Shown: positions 18,431 to 27,396, counted from the first letter of the stretch. The stretch: DNA of 34,597 nucleotides from an uncultured Bacteroidales bacterium (GCA_964653185.1 CAZZDX010000002.1:1-34597), one strand, 5' to 3'. The notes: generated from the sequence alone by a model not told the origin. Made by a program: numbers and translations.

Positions 18431-18458
18431 ACCACACGATACAATCGTGCGGTAGCGG
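18431..18458 (-). repeat. REP hairpin (type III), right member of the inverted pair
   Basis: accacacgatacaatcgtgcggtagcgg is the reverse complement of 18156-18183, 28/28. Confidence 0.85.
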
Positions 18459-18505
18459 GTTTTGGAAATAGAATTAATTATTAACCAACCAAATAGCAAC
18501 TGTTA

Positions 18506-20065
18506 TTAATCAACATTATCGTGCAAAAAGGAATTATTTGGTTTAATTTCAGGATTTTCATCTTTATCTTTACCGAGAGTATAATCAGACATCTCAGATT
18601 CGGATGAAGGAGTAACATCGGGCAAATCAACATTTCGTCTGATATAGGCGGGTTCTTTTTCAAGTTTGGAAACGCCTTCGGGGCTTTTAAATGTGATACT
18701 CAAACCCTTTAATTTTTTAATTCTTTCTTTTCTTTCCTGTTCTGATTTTTCATTTTGCTCTGTATTAGCCGGCTTAATATTATTTGTAATATGCTGTGAT
18801 TGAGAGTCCTCTTGTGTTTTAGGGTCTTCCTGTGTTTTAGAATCTTTTAAATAAGGAGTAGAATTATCTTTGGTCTTTGTCAGGTGGCTGGCTGATGGTT
18901 CATTAATATTTTTATCATCTTCTAATACATGTTTTTTAATATCTTGTTTTAATTCAATATCATATTTTTTTTCTGTATTTTCAATTTTCGGGAATGCTAT
19001 TGAAAGGTTTTTTATATTTTTATTTTCAATAACATTTTCATCAAGAGTATGAATAATTTTTGGAGGAGCTTTTGCATCGGCTCTGTTAAAGCCGGTAGCT
19101 ATAAGAGTGATACTAATTTTATTTCCAATAGATTCATCATAACCGTTACCCCATATAATATCTGCGGTAGAGCCAGCTTCATACTGAATATAATCAGTTA
19201 TTTCGCCTACTTCATCCATAGATATTTCATCAGTGCCGGAGATAATATATAATAGCATATTTTTTGCTCCTTTAATATTATTATCATTTAGCAAAGGAGA
19301 AGTAATAGCCATCTGAATAGCGTCCATTGCTCTGTTTTCGCCTTCAGCAATGCCGATACCCATAATAGCCACGCCACTATCTTTCATAACAGTATTAACA
19401 TCTTCAAAGTCCACATTAACATTACCTGTAACAGTTATAATTTCGGCAATACCTTTGGCAGCAGTATTAAGGACATCATCGGCTTTAGCAAAAGCTTCTC
19501 TAAGTTTAAGATTTCCACAAATATCTCTTAATTTATCATTAGATATTAAAAGAAGAGTATCTACATTTTCTCTTAATTCTCTGATACCATCTTCGGCTTG
19601 TTGCATTCTTTTTCTTCCTTCAAAAGAAAAAGGGAGTGTAACAATACCTACTGTTAATATTCCCATTTCTTTAGCAATTTTAGCTATTACAGGGGCTCCG
19701 CCAGTGCCGGTTCCTCCGCCCATTCCAGCAGTAACAAAAAGCATTTTCGTATTTTTTTCAAGTATTTTTGTTATTTCATCAATACTTTCAATGGTAGCTT
19801 GTTTACCAATTTCAGGTTTGGAGCCAGATCCTCTTCCTTCTGTCAAAGAAGTTCCTAATTGTAATTTATTAGATACGGGGCTCATTTCAAGGGCTTGAGT
19901 ATCAGTATTACAAAGAACAAAGTCAACGCCTTTTATTCCCTGATTATACATATAAGTAACAGCATTGCCGCCACCACCACCGACACCTATCACTTTAATA
20001 ATAGATGATTTGTTTTTGGGAGAATCAAATTTAATCATATTAGATATAGTATTTTTATTTTCCAT
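18506..20065 (-). CDS. ftsZ: Cell division protein FtsZ
   Basis: 519 aa. Contains GVGGGGGNAV and the tubulin signature GGGTGTGGAPVIA. A long low-complexity linker precedes the C-terminal FLHDNVD peptide. Confidence 0.97.
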   Translation of the reverse strand: MENKNTISNMIKFDSPKNKSSIIKVIGVGGGGGNAVTYMYNQGIKGVDFVLCNTDTQALEMSPVSNKLQLGTSLTEGRGSGSKPEIGKQATIESIDEITKILEKNTKMLFVTAGMGGGTGTGGAPVIAKIAKEMGILTVGIVTLPFSFEGRKRMQQAEDGIRELRENVDTLLLISNDKLRDICGNLKLREAFAKADDVLNTAAKGIAEIITVTGNVNVDFEDVNTVMKDSGVAIMGIGIAEGENRAMDAIQMAITSPLLNDNNIKGAKNMLLYIISGTDEISMDEVGEITDYIQYEAGSTADIIWGNGYDESIGNKISITLIATGFNRADAKAPPKIIHTLDENVIENKNIKNLSIAFPKIENTEKKYDIELKQDIKKHVLEDDKNINEPSASHLTKTKDNSTPYLKDSKTQEDPKTQEDSQSQHITNNIKPANTEQNEKSEQERKERIKKLKGLSITFKSPEGVSKLEKEPAYIRRNVDLPDVTPSSESEMSDYTLGKDKDENPEIKPNNSFLHDNVD

Positions 20066-20198
20066 AAAATTATTTTTTTAATAAATAGAATATACAAATT
20101 TTTAAAAATTTTATTAACATTATTTTCTTGCAAATTGTTAATTAAAAAATGTTTGCAAAAATTTCCGTATCATATATTATACGCCTAATGCAGACGAA

Positions 20199-20337
20199 AT
20201 TTTAAAGTTTTTATTTTACAATTTTCAATTTTCAGTTTTTAATTTACAATTTAACGTTCCGAGTTCCGAGTTCAAAGTTCAAAGTTCAAAATTCATAATC
20301 TGTAATCCGTAATCTATAATTTTCAAGTATCCAGTTT
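20199..20337. repeat. Register-locked heptamer mosaic array (about 20 units), ftsA-ftsZ spacer
   Basis: Plus-strand units in one register: attttaa agttttt attttac aattttc aattttc agttttt aatttac aatttaa cgttccg agttccg agttcaa x3 aattcat aatctgt aatccgt aatctat aattttc aagtatc. Confidence 0.85.
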
Positions 20338-21600
20338 TTAATTCACATCATCGTCAAACCATTTTTTAATTATTTCTATTACTCCTCCTGATTTATTTTT
20401 TTTACGACCTGGCTTATTCAAATTTTTTTTTTGTTCTTCTATATAATCAAAACCTTTAATGATAAGTCCTATTCCTGTTGAGAACATTGGATTTATAACT
20501 TTTTCCGGCACATTATTAGCTAAGTGTTCGCTTGGATATCCTATACGGGTATCCATACCTGTAACAAATTCGGTTAGTTGAGCAATATGTTTTAGTTGTG
20601 CTCCGCCTCCTGTTAATACTATTCCTGCGATAAGTTTTTTTTCATATCCTGAATTTTTTATTTCATAATATATACATTCTATAATTTCTTCTGCCCTTGC
20701 CTGTATAATGTTTGAAAGATTTTTAAGAGATATTTCTTTTGGTGTGCGTCCTCTTAAACCTGGTATTGATACGATTTCCTCATCACTATTTTCTTTTGCC
20801 AGGGCAGAGCCAAATTTAATTTTCAATGCTTCTGCCTGAGTTTTGATAATGGAACATCCTTCTTTAATATCTTCAGTAATTACATTACCGCCAAAAGGTA
20901 TAACAGCAGTATGACGTATTATTCCATCCTGAAATATTGCTACATCTGTTGTTCCGCCGCCTATATCAACAAGGACAACACCTGCATCTTTTTCTTCTTT
21001 GCTTAGCACGGCTTCTGCGGAAGCAATAGGTTCAAGTATCATCCCTGTCATTTCTAATCCTGCTCTTTTGATACATCTTTCAATATTTTTTGCTGCGGCA
21101 ACTTTTCCAACGATTATATGAAAATTTGCCTCCAAACTAATTCCTGCCATACCTATAATACCTGTAGGGTCGCCTGTAAATTGTTGTTTATCAACAATAT
21201 ATTCCTGAGGTATTACATCAATTATTTTTTCTCCGGGCTGCATAACCAACTTAAACATATTTTCTCTTAAACTAGTAATATCCTGCTGGGAAATTTCATC
21301 ATCAAGAGTATCTCTTATAATACCTCCACGATGTTGTAAGCTCTTTATATGTTGACCGGCAATACCAACATATACTTCTCCAATACTTACTTCTGCTTCT
21401 TGTTCTACATCTGAAATAACTCTTTTTATTGAGTCAACGGTTTTTTCAATATTAGAGACCACGCCTCGTATAACTCCTACAGATTCTGTTTTGGATAATC
21501 CGAGAATTTCTATCTTACCATATTGATTTTTTTCTCCTACTATGGCAGCTATTTTTGTTGTGCCAATGTCAAGGCTGACTATAATTTCCGATTTTTTCAT
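20338..21600 (-). CDS. ftsA: Cell division protein FtsA
   Basis: 420 aa actin-fold protein with LDIGTTKIAAIVGE and VDIGGGTTDVAIF. Confidence 0.95.
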   Translation of the reverse strand: MKKSEIIVSLDIGTTKIAAIVGEKNQYGKIEILGLSKTESVGVIRGVVSNIEKTVDSIKRVISDVEQEAEVSIGEVYVGIAGQHIKSLQHRGGIIRDTLDDEISQQDITSLRENMFKLVMQPGEKIIDVIPQEYIVDKQQFTGDPTGIIGMAGISLEANFHIIVGKVAAAKNIERCIKRAGLEMTGMILEPIASAEAVLSKEEKDAGVVLVDIGGGTTDVAIFQDGIIRHTAVIPFGGNVITEDIKEGCSIIKTQAEALKIKFGSALAKENSDEEIVSIPGLRGRTPKEISLKNLSNIIQARAEEIIECIYYEIKNSGYEKKLIAGIVLTGGGAQLKHIAQLTEFVTGMDTRIGYPSEHLANNVPEKVINPMFSTGIGLIIKGFDYIEEQKKNLNKPGRKKNKSGGVIEIIKKWFDDDVN

Positions 21601-21605
21601 TATAT

Positions 21606-22397
21606 TTAAATTTTAGAACAGATTACCTGATTTTTATATTTCAAATTTATAGATTTATATTTATTGCGAGATATATTATTAAACTCTTGTTTATAAAAGG
21701 CAAAAAGATTTTCAAATTTTTCTTTCATATTGTCAATATCTCCAAAAATTACTATATGATTGCCAATATAAGGTATAAGTTCAATATCGCTTGATTTATT
21801 AATATATATCTGAGATATTTGTGCTTTCCAGAATTCAGATGAACGTGTATATTTTGCCAAAGAATAAAGTTTGTATATATCAGATTGCTTAATCAAAGTG
21901 CTATCTTTTTTATTATAACATTTTTTATCTGACAAAGACGTATAATATTGTTCTTTTATGTTTCCACTTGCTATAACAACTCTTGCCGTATATTTATTAT
22001 TTAATGGCATTTTGTGTCCGTAATTATCAATATAAAAACTTTCGCCTCTGTTATTTATAATTCTTATTATTGGTTTTCGTTGTGTAACATCAATTTTTAC
22101 TGTGCCATTAATATTTGAATAGGCATCTGCCTTATCTATATATGGATTTTGGCTAATTTTTTTTTCAATTTGTTTAATATTTATATCAGATAAATATTTA
22201 TTTATTATATTTCCCCGCGTTTGATAAATTAGTGATTTTATATCCTTTTCTGTAACAAATTTAGCATTTTGTGAATCAATATATATACTAATTTTTTTAC
22301 ACTTTATATTACTATGTTCTTTACAAACAAACGCCAACAGAACAAATAAAGCTATTGTAAGTATTGACCATAGTAATATGTTAATTATTTTTTTCAT
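21606..22397 (-). CDS. ftsQ: Cell division protein FtsQ
   Basis: 263 aa with a single N-terminal TM helix (ILLWSILTIALFVLLAFV). It sits between murC and ftsA, 5 nt before the ftsA start. Confidence 0.8.
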   Translation of the reverse strand: MKKIINILLWSILTIALFVLLAFVCKEHSNIKCKKISIYIDSQNAKFVTEKDIKSLIYQTRGNIINKYLSDINIKQIEKKISQNPYIDKADAYSNINGTVKIDVTQRKPIIRIINNRGESFYIDNYGHKMPLNNKYTARVVIASGNIKEQYYTSLSDKKCYNKKDSTLIKQSDIYKLYSLAKYTRSSEFWKAQISQIYINKSSDIELIPYIGNHIVIFGDIDNMKEKFENLFAFYKQEFNNISRNKYKSINLKYKNQVICSKI

Positions 22398-22411
22398 TAA
22401 TATATTTTAAC

Positions 22412-22547
22412 AAGACAAAGGCACAAAGTTCAATCGTTTGTCGTTTGTCGTTTTAAGTTTCAAGTCCCAAGTTCAAAGTTCAAAACTCACATTTCAACAA
22501 GTTCAATGTAAATAATTCATAATTCATAATTTTTTAGCATCCAGTTT
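22412..22547. repeat. Heptamer mosaic array, murC-ftsQ spacer
   Basis: Reads caaaggcacaaagttcaa tcgtttg tcgtttg tcgtttt aagtttc aagtccc aagttca aagttca ... aattcat aattcat. It shares 21-nt and 14-nt blocks with 28692-28754. Confidence 0.8.
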
Positions 22548-23927
22548 CTAATTAATTTTCAATTTATTTATCAACAATTGTTTAATAGGTTCTACAAATT
22601 GGTCAATATCACCGGCACCAAGAGTTAATAATACTTCAATATTTTGTTTACTTAGTTTATTTAAGAGTTTTGTTTTTTTACAAATACATTTATTTTTAAT
22701 TTTAATTTTATCAAGGAGCATTTTGGAGTTAATTCCCGTAATAGGCAATTCGCGTGCAGGATATATTTCTAAAAGAATAAGTTGGTCAAGCATATTTAAG
22801 TTTTTTACGAATTCATCAGCAAAGTCGTGTGTTCTTGAATAAAGATGAGGTTGAAATACGGCTGTAATTTTTTTATTCGGGTATAATTTTTTAACAGCCA
22901 TGATGCAAGCTTTTAGTTCTGCGGGATGGTGTGCATAATCGTCAATATAAACAATTTTTTCAGTATTTATTATAAAGTCAAATCGCCTTTCAACGCCGGT
23001 ATAAGATTCAAGGGCTTTTTTAATTTTTATTTTGTCTAAACCCATTGATAATGCTACTGCTGAGGCGGCTACTGCATTTTCTATGTTGTGTTTTCCCTGT
23101 ATTTTAAAATTTATATTTTTAATAATATCATTATTCCAATTTAAGTCAAAAATATTTTTGTCCGCATGAAGAGAATTGCTCATTCTAATATTTGATGCCC
23201 AAAAGTCGCTTTTAGTATTGCATGAATAAGTAATTTTTTTTACATTTAGTTTATCAGATATATTAAGATTTTTGTTTATAATAAGTTTCCCTTTGTTTTT
23301 AATTTGTTTAGCAAACAGCAAAAAAGATTGCTGCATACATTTTTTTGAGCCGTATATATCAAGATGGTCAGGGTCCATATAAGTTATAACAGCAATATCA
23401 GGATGTAGTGCAAGGAAAGATTTATCATATTCATCAGCTTCAACAACAATAACATCGCTATTTTGGGATAGAACAAGATTAGAATTGTAATTTTTGGTTA
23501 TTCCTCCTATAAATGCTGTTACTTTAATGTTACATTGTTTTAAGATATGTGCTATTAGTGCTGTGATGCTTGTTTTTCCGTGTGTGCCTGCTACTGCGAC
23601 AGTAAACATTTTTTGAGTAAGTATTCCTAATACTTCGGAGCGTTTTTTTATGTTATATTTATTTTTCAAAAAATATTTATATTCTTTATTCGTTTTAGGT
23701 ATTGCCGGAGTATAAATGACAATATCAATATTTTCGGGTAATAAGTTTATATTCTCTTTAAAGTGAACAGGTATTTTTTCTTTTATAAGTTGCTGAGTTA
23801 AAATAGTATTTGTTTTATCATAGCCCATAACATCAACATTTTTTGCTTTAAAATATCTTGCTAAGGCGCTCATTCCTATGCCACCTATTCCCAGAAAATA
23901 AATTCTATGTAAGTTGTTTATATTCAA
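22548..23927 (-). CDS. murC: UDP-N-acetylmuramate--L-alanine ligase
   Basis: 459 aa. Contains YFLGIGGIGMSALA, the P-loop VAGTHGKTS, and DDYAHHP. The only possible start is TTG at 23927-23925, because a stop lies 3 codons upstream and no ATG precedes the GIGG motif. Confidence 0.93.
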   Translation of the reverse strand: MNINNLHRIYFLGIGGIGMSALARYFKAKNVDVMGYDKTNTILTQQLIKEKIPVHFKENINLLPENIDIVIYTPAIPKTNKEYKYFLKNKYNIKKRSEVLGILTQKMFTVAVAGTHGKTSITALIAHILKQCNIKVTAFIGGITKNYNSNLVLSQNSDVIVVEADEYDKSFLALHPDIAVITYMDPDHLDIYGSKKCMQQSFLLFAKQIKNKGKLIINKNLNISDKLNVKKITYSCNTKSDFWASNIRMSNSLHADKNIFDLNWNNDIIKNINFKIQGKHNIENAVAASAVALSMGLDKIKIKKALESYTGVERRFDFIINTEKIVYIDDYAHHPAELKACIMAVKKLYPNKKITAVFQPHLYSRTHDFADEFVKNLNMLDQLILLEIYPARELPITGINSKMLLDKIKIKNKCICKKTKLLNKLSKQNIEVLLTLGAGDIDQFVEPIKQLLINKLKIN

Positions 23928-23945
23928 TCTATATTATGTTCATTA

Positions 23946-24103
23946 ATAATTGTAATGATTGTAAAGATTTTTTTAAAGTCCTTATCCATAATCTTTCCAA
24001 TCTTTTCAATCTTTCCAATCTTTTCAATCTTTTCAATCTTTTCAACAAAGTGTTAATATCTCAGTTCATATATCATTATTCATAAATGATTTATCTATAC
24101 TTA
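23946..24103. repeat. Composite VNTR element, family X, copy 2 (six 9-mers), overlapping the murG 3' end
   Basis: attgtaatg attgtaaag - atttttttaaagtccttatccataat - ctttccaat/cttttcaat x6 (23993-24046) - aaagtgttaatatctcagttcatatatcattattcataaatgatttatctatactta. It is colinear with 9873-10020. Confidence 0.8.
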
Positions 24104-25217
24104 TGTACATGCTATTTACCATATTTATTATTTCTTCAGCTATTAAGTCAGCAGAATTTTTAAAAGCCATTTTTGAAATATTATTTTCCAGTTCTGTTTG
24201 TTGTCTTTGATTATTTAACAAGTCAAGGACTGTTTCCTTTAATTTTTCTTTTGCCTGATTATCTTTAATTATAATAGCTGCATTTTTATTTACCAGAGCC
24301 ATGGCATTTTTTGTTTGATGGTCTTCTGCTACATTAGGCGAAGGAATAAGTATAGCTGGTTTACCCAATGCACATAGTTCTGATACAGCAATTGCTCCTG
24401 CTCTTGACACAATAATATCAGCACAGGCATAAGCATAATCCATTTTTGTAATAAAGTCATAAACTTTTATAATGTTATCATCAATATTTTGAGCAGCTTG
24501 TTTTGCAAGAGCAAAATAAGATTTTCCTGTTTGCCATAATATTTGGATATTATTATGAACAAAAGGTCTTAAATTTTTATGAATACTTTCATTAATTGTT
24601 TTAGCGCCTAAGCTTCCACCAATTACGAGCAATGTTTTTTTGTGTTTTGACAACTTAAAATATTCAAGGGCTTTTTCTTTTTTATGTTCAAAGTTTGAGA
24701 ATTCCTGTCTGATAGGATTTCCTGTAAGAATAATTTTTGATTTTGGAAAAAATTTATCCATATTATCATAAGCAACACATATTTTATTTACATGTTTGGC
24801 AAGTAATTTATTTGTGATACCCGGAAAAGAATTTTGTTCCTGTATAAGTGTTGGTATTTTTTTGTTTGTAGCAATTTTAAGTATAGGACCGCTGGCATAG
24901 CCTCCTGTTCCGACGACAGCATCCGGTTTAAAATTTTTTATTATTTTTTTGGCTTTAATCATACTTAATATCACTTTAAAAGGGAAAGACAGATTTTTTA
25001 ATGATAATCGTCTTTGTAATCCACTAATCCACAGACCTTTAATATTATATCCGGCAGCAGGCACTTTATCCATTTCCATTTTATTTTTTGCACCTACAAA
25101 AAGTATTTCAATATTATCAATCTTTTTTTTTAGAGCATTTGCTATAGCAATGGCAGGGAATATATGACCTCCTGAGCCACCTCCACTAATGATTATTTTA
25201 AATTTATTTTGTTTCAT
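24066..25217 (-). CDS. murG: Undecaprenyldiphospho-muramoylpentapeptide beta-N-acetylglucosaminyltransferase
   Basis: 383 aa. N-terminal G-loop ISGGGSGGHIFPAIAIA, plus LVIGGSLGA and SRAGA. About the last 12 codons lie in the family-X repeat. Confidence 0.93.
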   Translation of the reverse strand: MKQNKFKIIISGGGSGGHIFPAIAIANALKKKIDNIEILFVGAKNKMEMDKVPAAGYNIKGLWISGLQRRLSLKNLSFPFKVILSMIKAKKIIKNFKPDAVVGTGGYASGPILKIATNKKIPTLIQEQNSFPGITNKLLAKHVNKICVAYDNMDKFFPKSKIILTGNPIRQEFSNFEHKKEKALEYFKLSKHKKTLLVIGGSLGAKTINESIHKNLRPFVHNNIQILWQTGKSYFALAKQAAQNIDDNIIKVYDFITKMDYAYACADIIVSRAGAIAVSELCALGKPAILIPSPNVAEDHQTKNAMALVNKNAAIIIKDNQAKEKLKETVLDLLNNQRQQTELENNISKMAFKNSADLIAEEIINMVNSMYISIDKSFMNNDI

Positions 25218-25272
25218 CAGTTTATATTTTTGTAACTATCTCGCTTTCAGTTACTTCGGGCTTTTGGCTTTT

Positions 25273-25363
25273 AGTTTCTATTTTCCAATTTCCAGTTTCC
25301 AGCTCCAAGTTTCAAGTTCCAAGTTCAAGGTTCAAGGTTCATAATCCGTAATTCATAATTTAA
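25273..25363. repeat. Heptamer mosaic array (13 units), ftsW-murG spacer
   Basis: Units: agtttct attttcc aatttcc agtttcc agctcca agtttca agttcca agttcaa ggttcaa ggttcat aatccgt aattcat aatttaa. Confidence 0.8.
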
Positions 25364-25406
25364 TAACTATCTTTGTTCATAAAAACTTCATCAGTAACAG
25401 CTGGGT

Positions 25407-26537
25407 TTAATTTTTTTCAGTTTCTTTACTAACGCTTAGAACTATACCAACAGTAATGCTCATAAACAATATTGAAGTTCCGCCCATACTTACAAAAGGC
25501 AATGTTTGTCCTGTAACAGGCAATATATTAACAGCTACAGCCATATTTATAAAAGCTTGGAATACTAAACTAAAGCAGCATCCTATTGTTAAAAATGAGC
25601 CAAAATATCTTGGAATTTTTGTTGCTATTTTTATTCCTCTAAAAAGCAAAATAAGATACATTAATATTAATACAATTCCGCCAGTAAGTCCATATTCTTC
25701 AATTATTATAGCAAAGATAAAGTCAGAATAAGAATGTGGTAAGAAATTTCTTTGAGTACTTTTTCCCGGAGATTTACCAAGCAATCCGCCTGTGGCAATA
25801 GCTATTTTTGCTTGTTCTACTTGATAATCTTCTTTTTCATTTTTATCTCTAAAATTTTCTACACGAGTTTCCCATGTCTTTAAACGTCCTTGTTTTCCTT
25901 CAGATAAATTATTTAATATCACTATAAATAAAAAAAATGATACAGCACCAATAGTTAATAAAGATAATATATATTTAATATTAATTCTTCCAATAAACAT
26001 AATTATAATGCAGGTAACAAACAGGACAGCAGATGTTGAAAAATTTGCAGGCAGTATTAATCCACATATAATTAATATAGGAAGCATTATTGTTAAAAAG
26101 GCAGATTTAAAATTTATAATTTGTCCTTGTTTTTTAGATATTACTCTTGACAGATACATTATAAGAGCAAGTTTAGCAAAATCTGATGTCTGAAAACTAA
26201 TATTAACACCTGGTAAAGTTAACCAACGGCTTGCATCATTAAGATTAGTTCCAATAGCAAAGGTTAATATAAGAAGAGGTATAGCTATAATAAGTGCTAC
26301 TTGTGATATTCGTGAATAATAAGTATATTTAATCAGATGGGCTAAATAGATAAAAACAAATCCTAATAATATAATAATAAGTTGTCTGATGAGATAAAAC
26401 TCTGTATTTCCTCCCTGTTTTTTATATGCTAAAGAGCCGGTAGAGGTATATACTGCTAATATAGAAAAGACAGACAATATGATTACTACTGTCCATATAA
26501 CTTTATCGCCTCTTAATTTATTTAATATATTTAGCAT
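25407..26537 (-). CDS. ftsW: SEDS-family peptidoglycan polymerase FtsW
   Basis: 376 aa polytopic membrane protein with LPHSYSDFIFA and LPFVSMGGTSIL motifs. It occupies the dcw position between murD and murG. Confidence 0.9.
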   Translation of the reverse strand: MLNILNKLRGDKVIWTVVIILSVFSILAVYTSTGSLAYKKQGGNTEFYLIRQLIIILLGFVFIYLAHLIKYTYYSRISQVALIIAIPLLILTFAIGTNLNDASRWLTLPGVNISFQTSDFAKLALIMYLSRVISKKQGQIINFKSAFLTIMLPILIICGLILPANFSTSAVLFVTCIIIMFIGRINIKYILSLLTIGAVSFFLFIVILNNLSEGKQGRLKTWETRVENFRDKNEKEDYQVEQAKIAIATGGLLGKSPGKSTQRNFLPHSYSDFIFAIIIEEYGLTGGIVLILMYLILLFRGIKIATKIPRYFGSFLTIGCCFSLVFQAFINMAVAVNILPVTGQTLPFVSMGGTSILFMSITVGIVLSVSKETEKN

Positions 26538-26571
26538 TCTGAATTTATTTATAAAATATTACTCTTTAGAT

Positions 26572-26646
26572 ATTGTAATAATTGTAATGATTAAAAAAAT
26601 TATTTTTTTACAAGTCCTTCTATCCATAAATCTTTTCAATCTTTTT
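26572..26646. repeat. Family X element, copy 3 (short)
   Basis: attgtaata attgtaatg ... tttttttacaagtccttctatccataaatcttttcaatc. It has the same order of blocks as copies 1 and 2. Confidence 0.6.
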
Positions 26647-27195
26647 TTACAGATTTCTAACTACTTGTTTAAATTGTCGTCCACGGTCTTCATAATCTTT
26701 AAATAAATTAAAACTTGCACATGCAGGTGATAGCAGAACTACATCTCCTGATTTTCCAAGATAATAAGCAAAGCTGACAACTTCAGCCATTGATTTTGTA
26801 TTAGCTATAAATTTTATTTTATCAGCAAAAGCATTATGTAATTTTCTGTTATCAATTCCAATACAAACTATTGCTTTCACTTTTTCTTTTACAACATCTT
26901 TGAGCATAAAATAATCAGTATTTTTATCTTGTCCGCCAGCAATCCATATTACGGGTTTTGTCATATTTTTAAGAGCAAACCATGTTGAGTTTATATTTGT
27001 TGATTTTGAATCATTCACAAACTCAATGCCATGAACATTTGTAATAAATTCCAGTTTATGTTCAATATTTTTAAAATCAGAAAGACATTCTTTAATAATT
27101 TGTTTTCTGATATTAAATATTTTAGAAGGTATTGCTTCTGCCATATTTCTATTTATATTCTGTTTTCCTTGCAATGCTAAACTTTCTATTGACAT
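26647..27195 (-). CDS. murD: MurD C-terminal domain only (5'-truncated murD; possible pseudogene or split gene)
   Basis: The 182-aa ORF aligns by eye to the last ~40% of UDP-N-acetylmuramoylalanine--D-glutamate ligase: ...EHKLEF...NDSKSTNINST...IAGGQDKNTDY...LLSPACASFNLFKDYEDRGRQF. It has no P-loop and no N-terminal Rossmann-like domain. A stop lies 4 codons upstream of the ATG, and the remaining 200 bp up to mraY is heptamer repeat. Confidence 0.85.
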   Translation of the reverse strand: MSIESLALQGKQNINRNMAEAIPSKIFNIRKQIIKECLSDFKNIEHKLEFITNVHGIEFVNDSKSTNINSTWFALKNMTKPVIWIAGGQDKNTDYFMLKDVVKEKVKAIVCIGIDNRKLHNAFADKIKFIANTKSMAEVVSFAYYLGKSGDVVLLSPACASFNLFKDYEDRGRQFKQVVRNL

Positions 27196-27225
27196 TATTT
27201 TTAATTAATTTTAATTTCCATTTAT

Positions 27226-27393
27226 AGTTCCAAGTTCCAAGTTTCAAGTTCCAAGTTTCAAGTTCCAAGTTTTAAGTTTCAAGTTCAAAGTTTCAAGTTC
27301 AAAGCACACAACTCACAACTCACAACTCACAACTCACAACTCACAACTCATAATTCATAATTCATAATTTCAAGTTCCAAGTTTCTAATAATT
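27226..27393. repeat. Register-locked heptamer mosaic array (24 units), mraY-murD spacer
   Basis: 11 units of agtt[c/t][c/t/a]a type, then agcacac, aactcac x5, aactcat, aattcat x2, aatttca, agttcca, agtttct, aataatt. All are in one 7-bp register. Confidence 0.9.
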
Positions 27394-27396
27394 TTC

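Noticed and set aside
18780-18850. Short tandem duplication in ftsZ (KTQEDP/KTQEDS)
   Set aside because: It lies in the intrinsically disordered FtsZ linker, where length and repeat variation is normal. It keeps the frame and is unrelated to the heptamer vocabulary.
19350-19898. 182-aa plus-strand ORF, along with other antisense ORFs such as 33830..34357, 5795..6091, 10170..10487, 28307..28591 and 29013..29255
   Set aside because: They lie entirely antisense to well-supported conserved genes (ftsZ, mraZ/rsmH, rplI, murF, mraY, murE). Their products are low-complexity and hydrophobic, as is typical of shadow ORFs in AT-rich DNA.
23858-24085. 75-aa ORF with an NLSNLFNLSNLFNLFNLFN repeat
   Set aside because: It is simply the translation of the 9-bp tandem repeat of family X and overlaps the murC start. 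There is no independent coding evidence.
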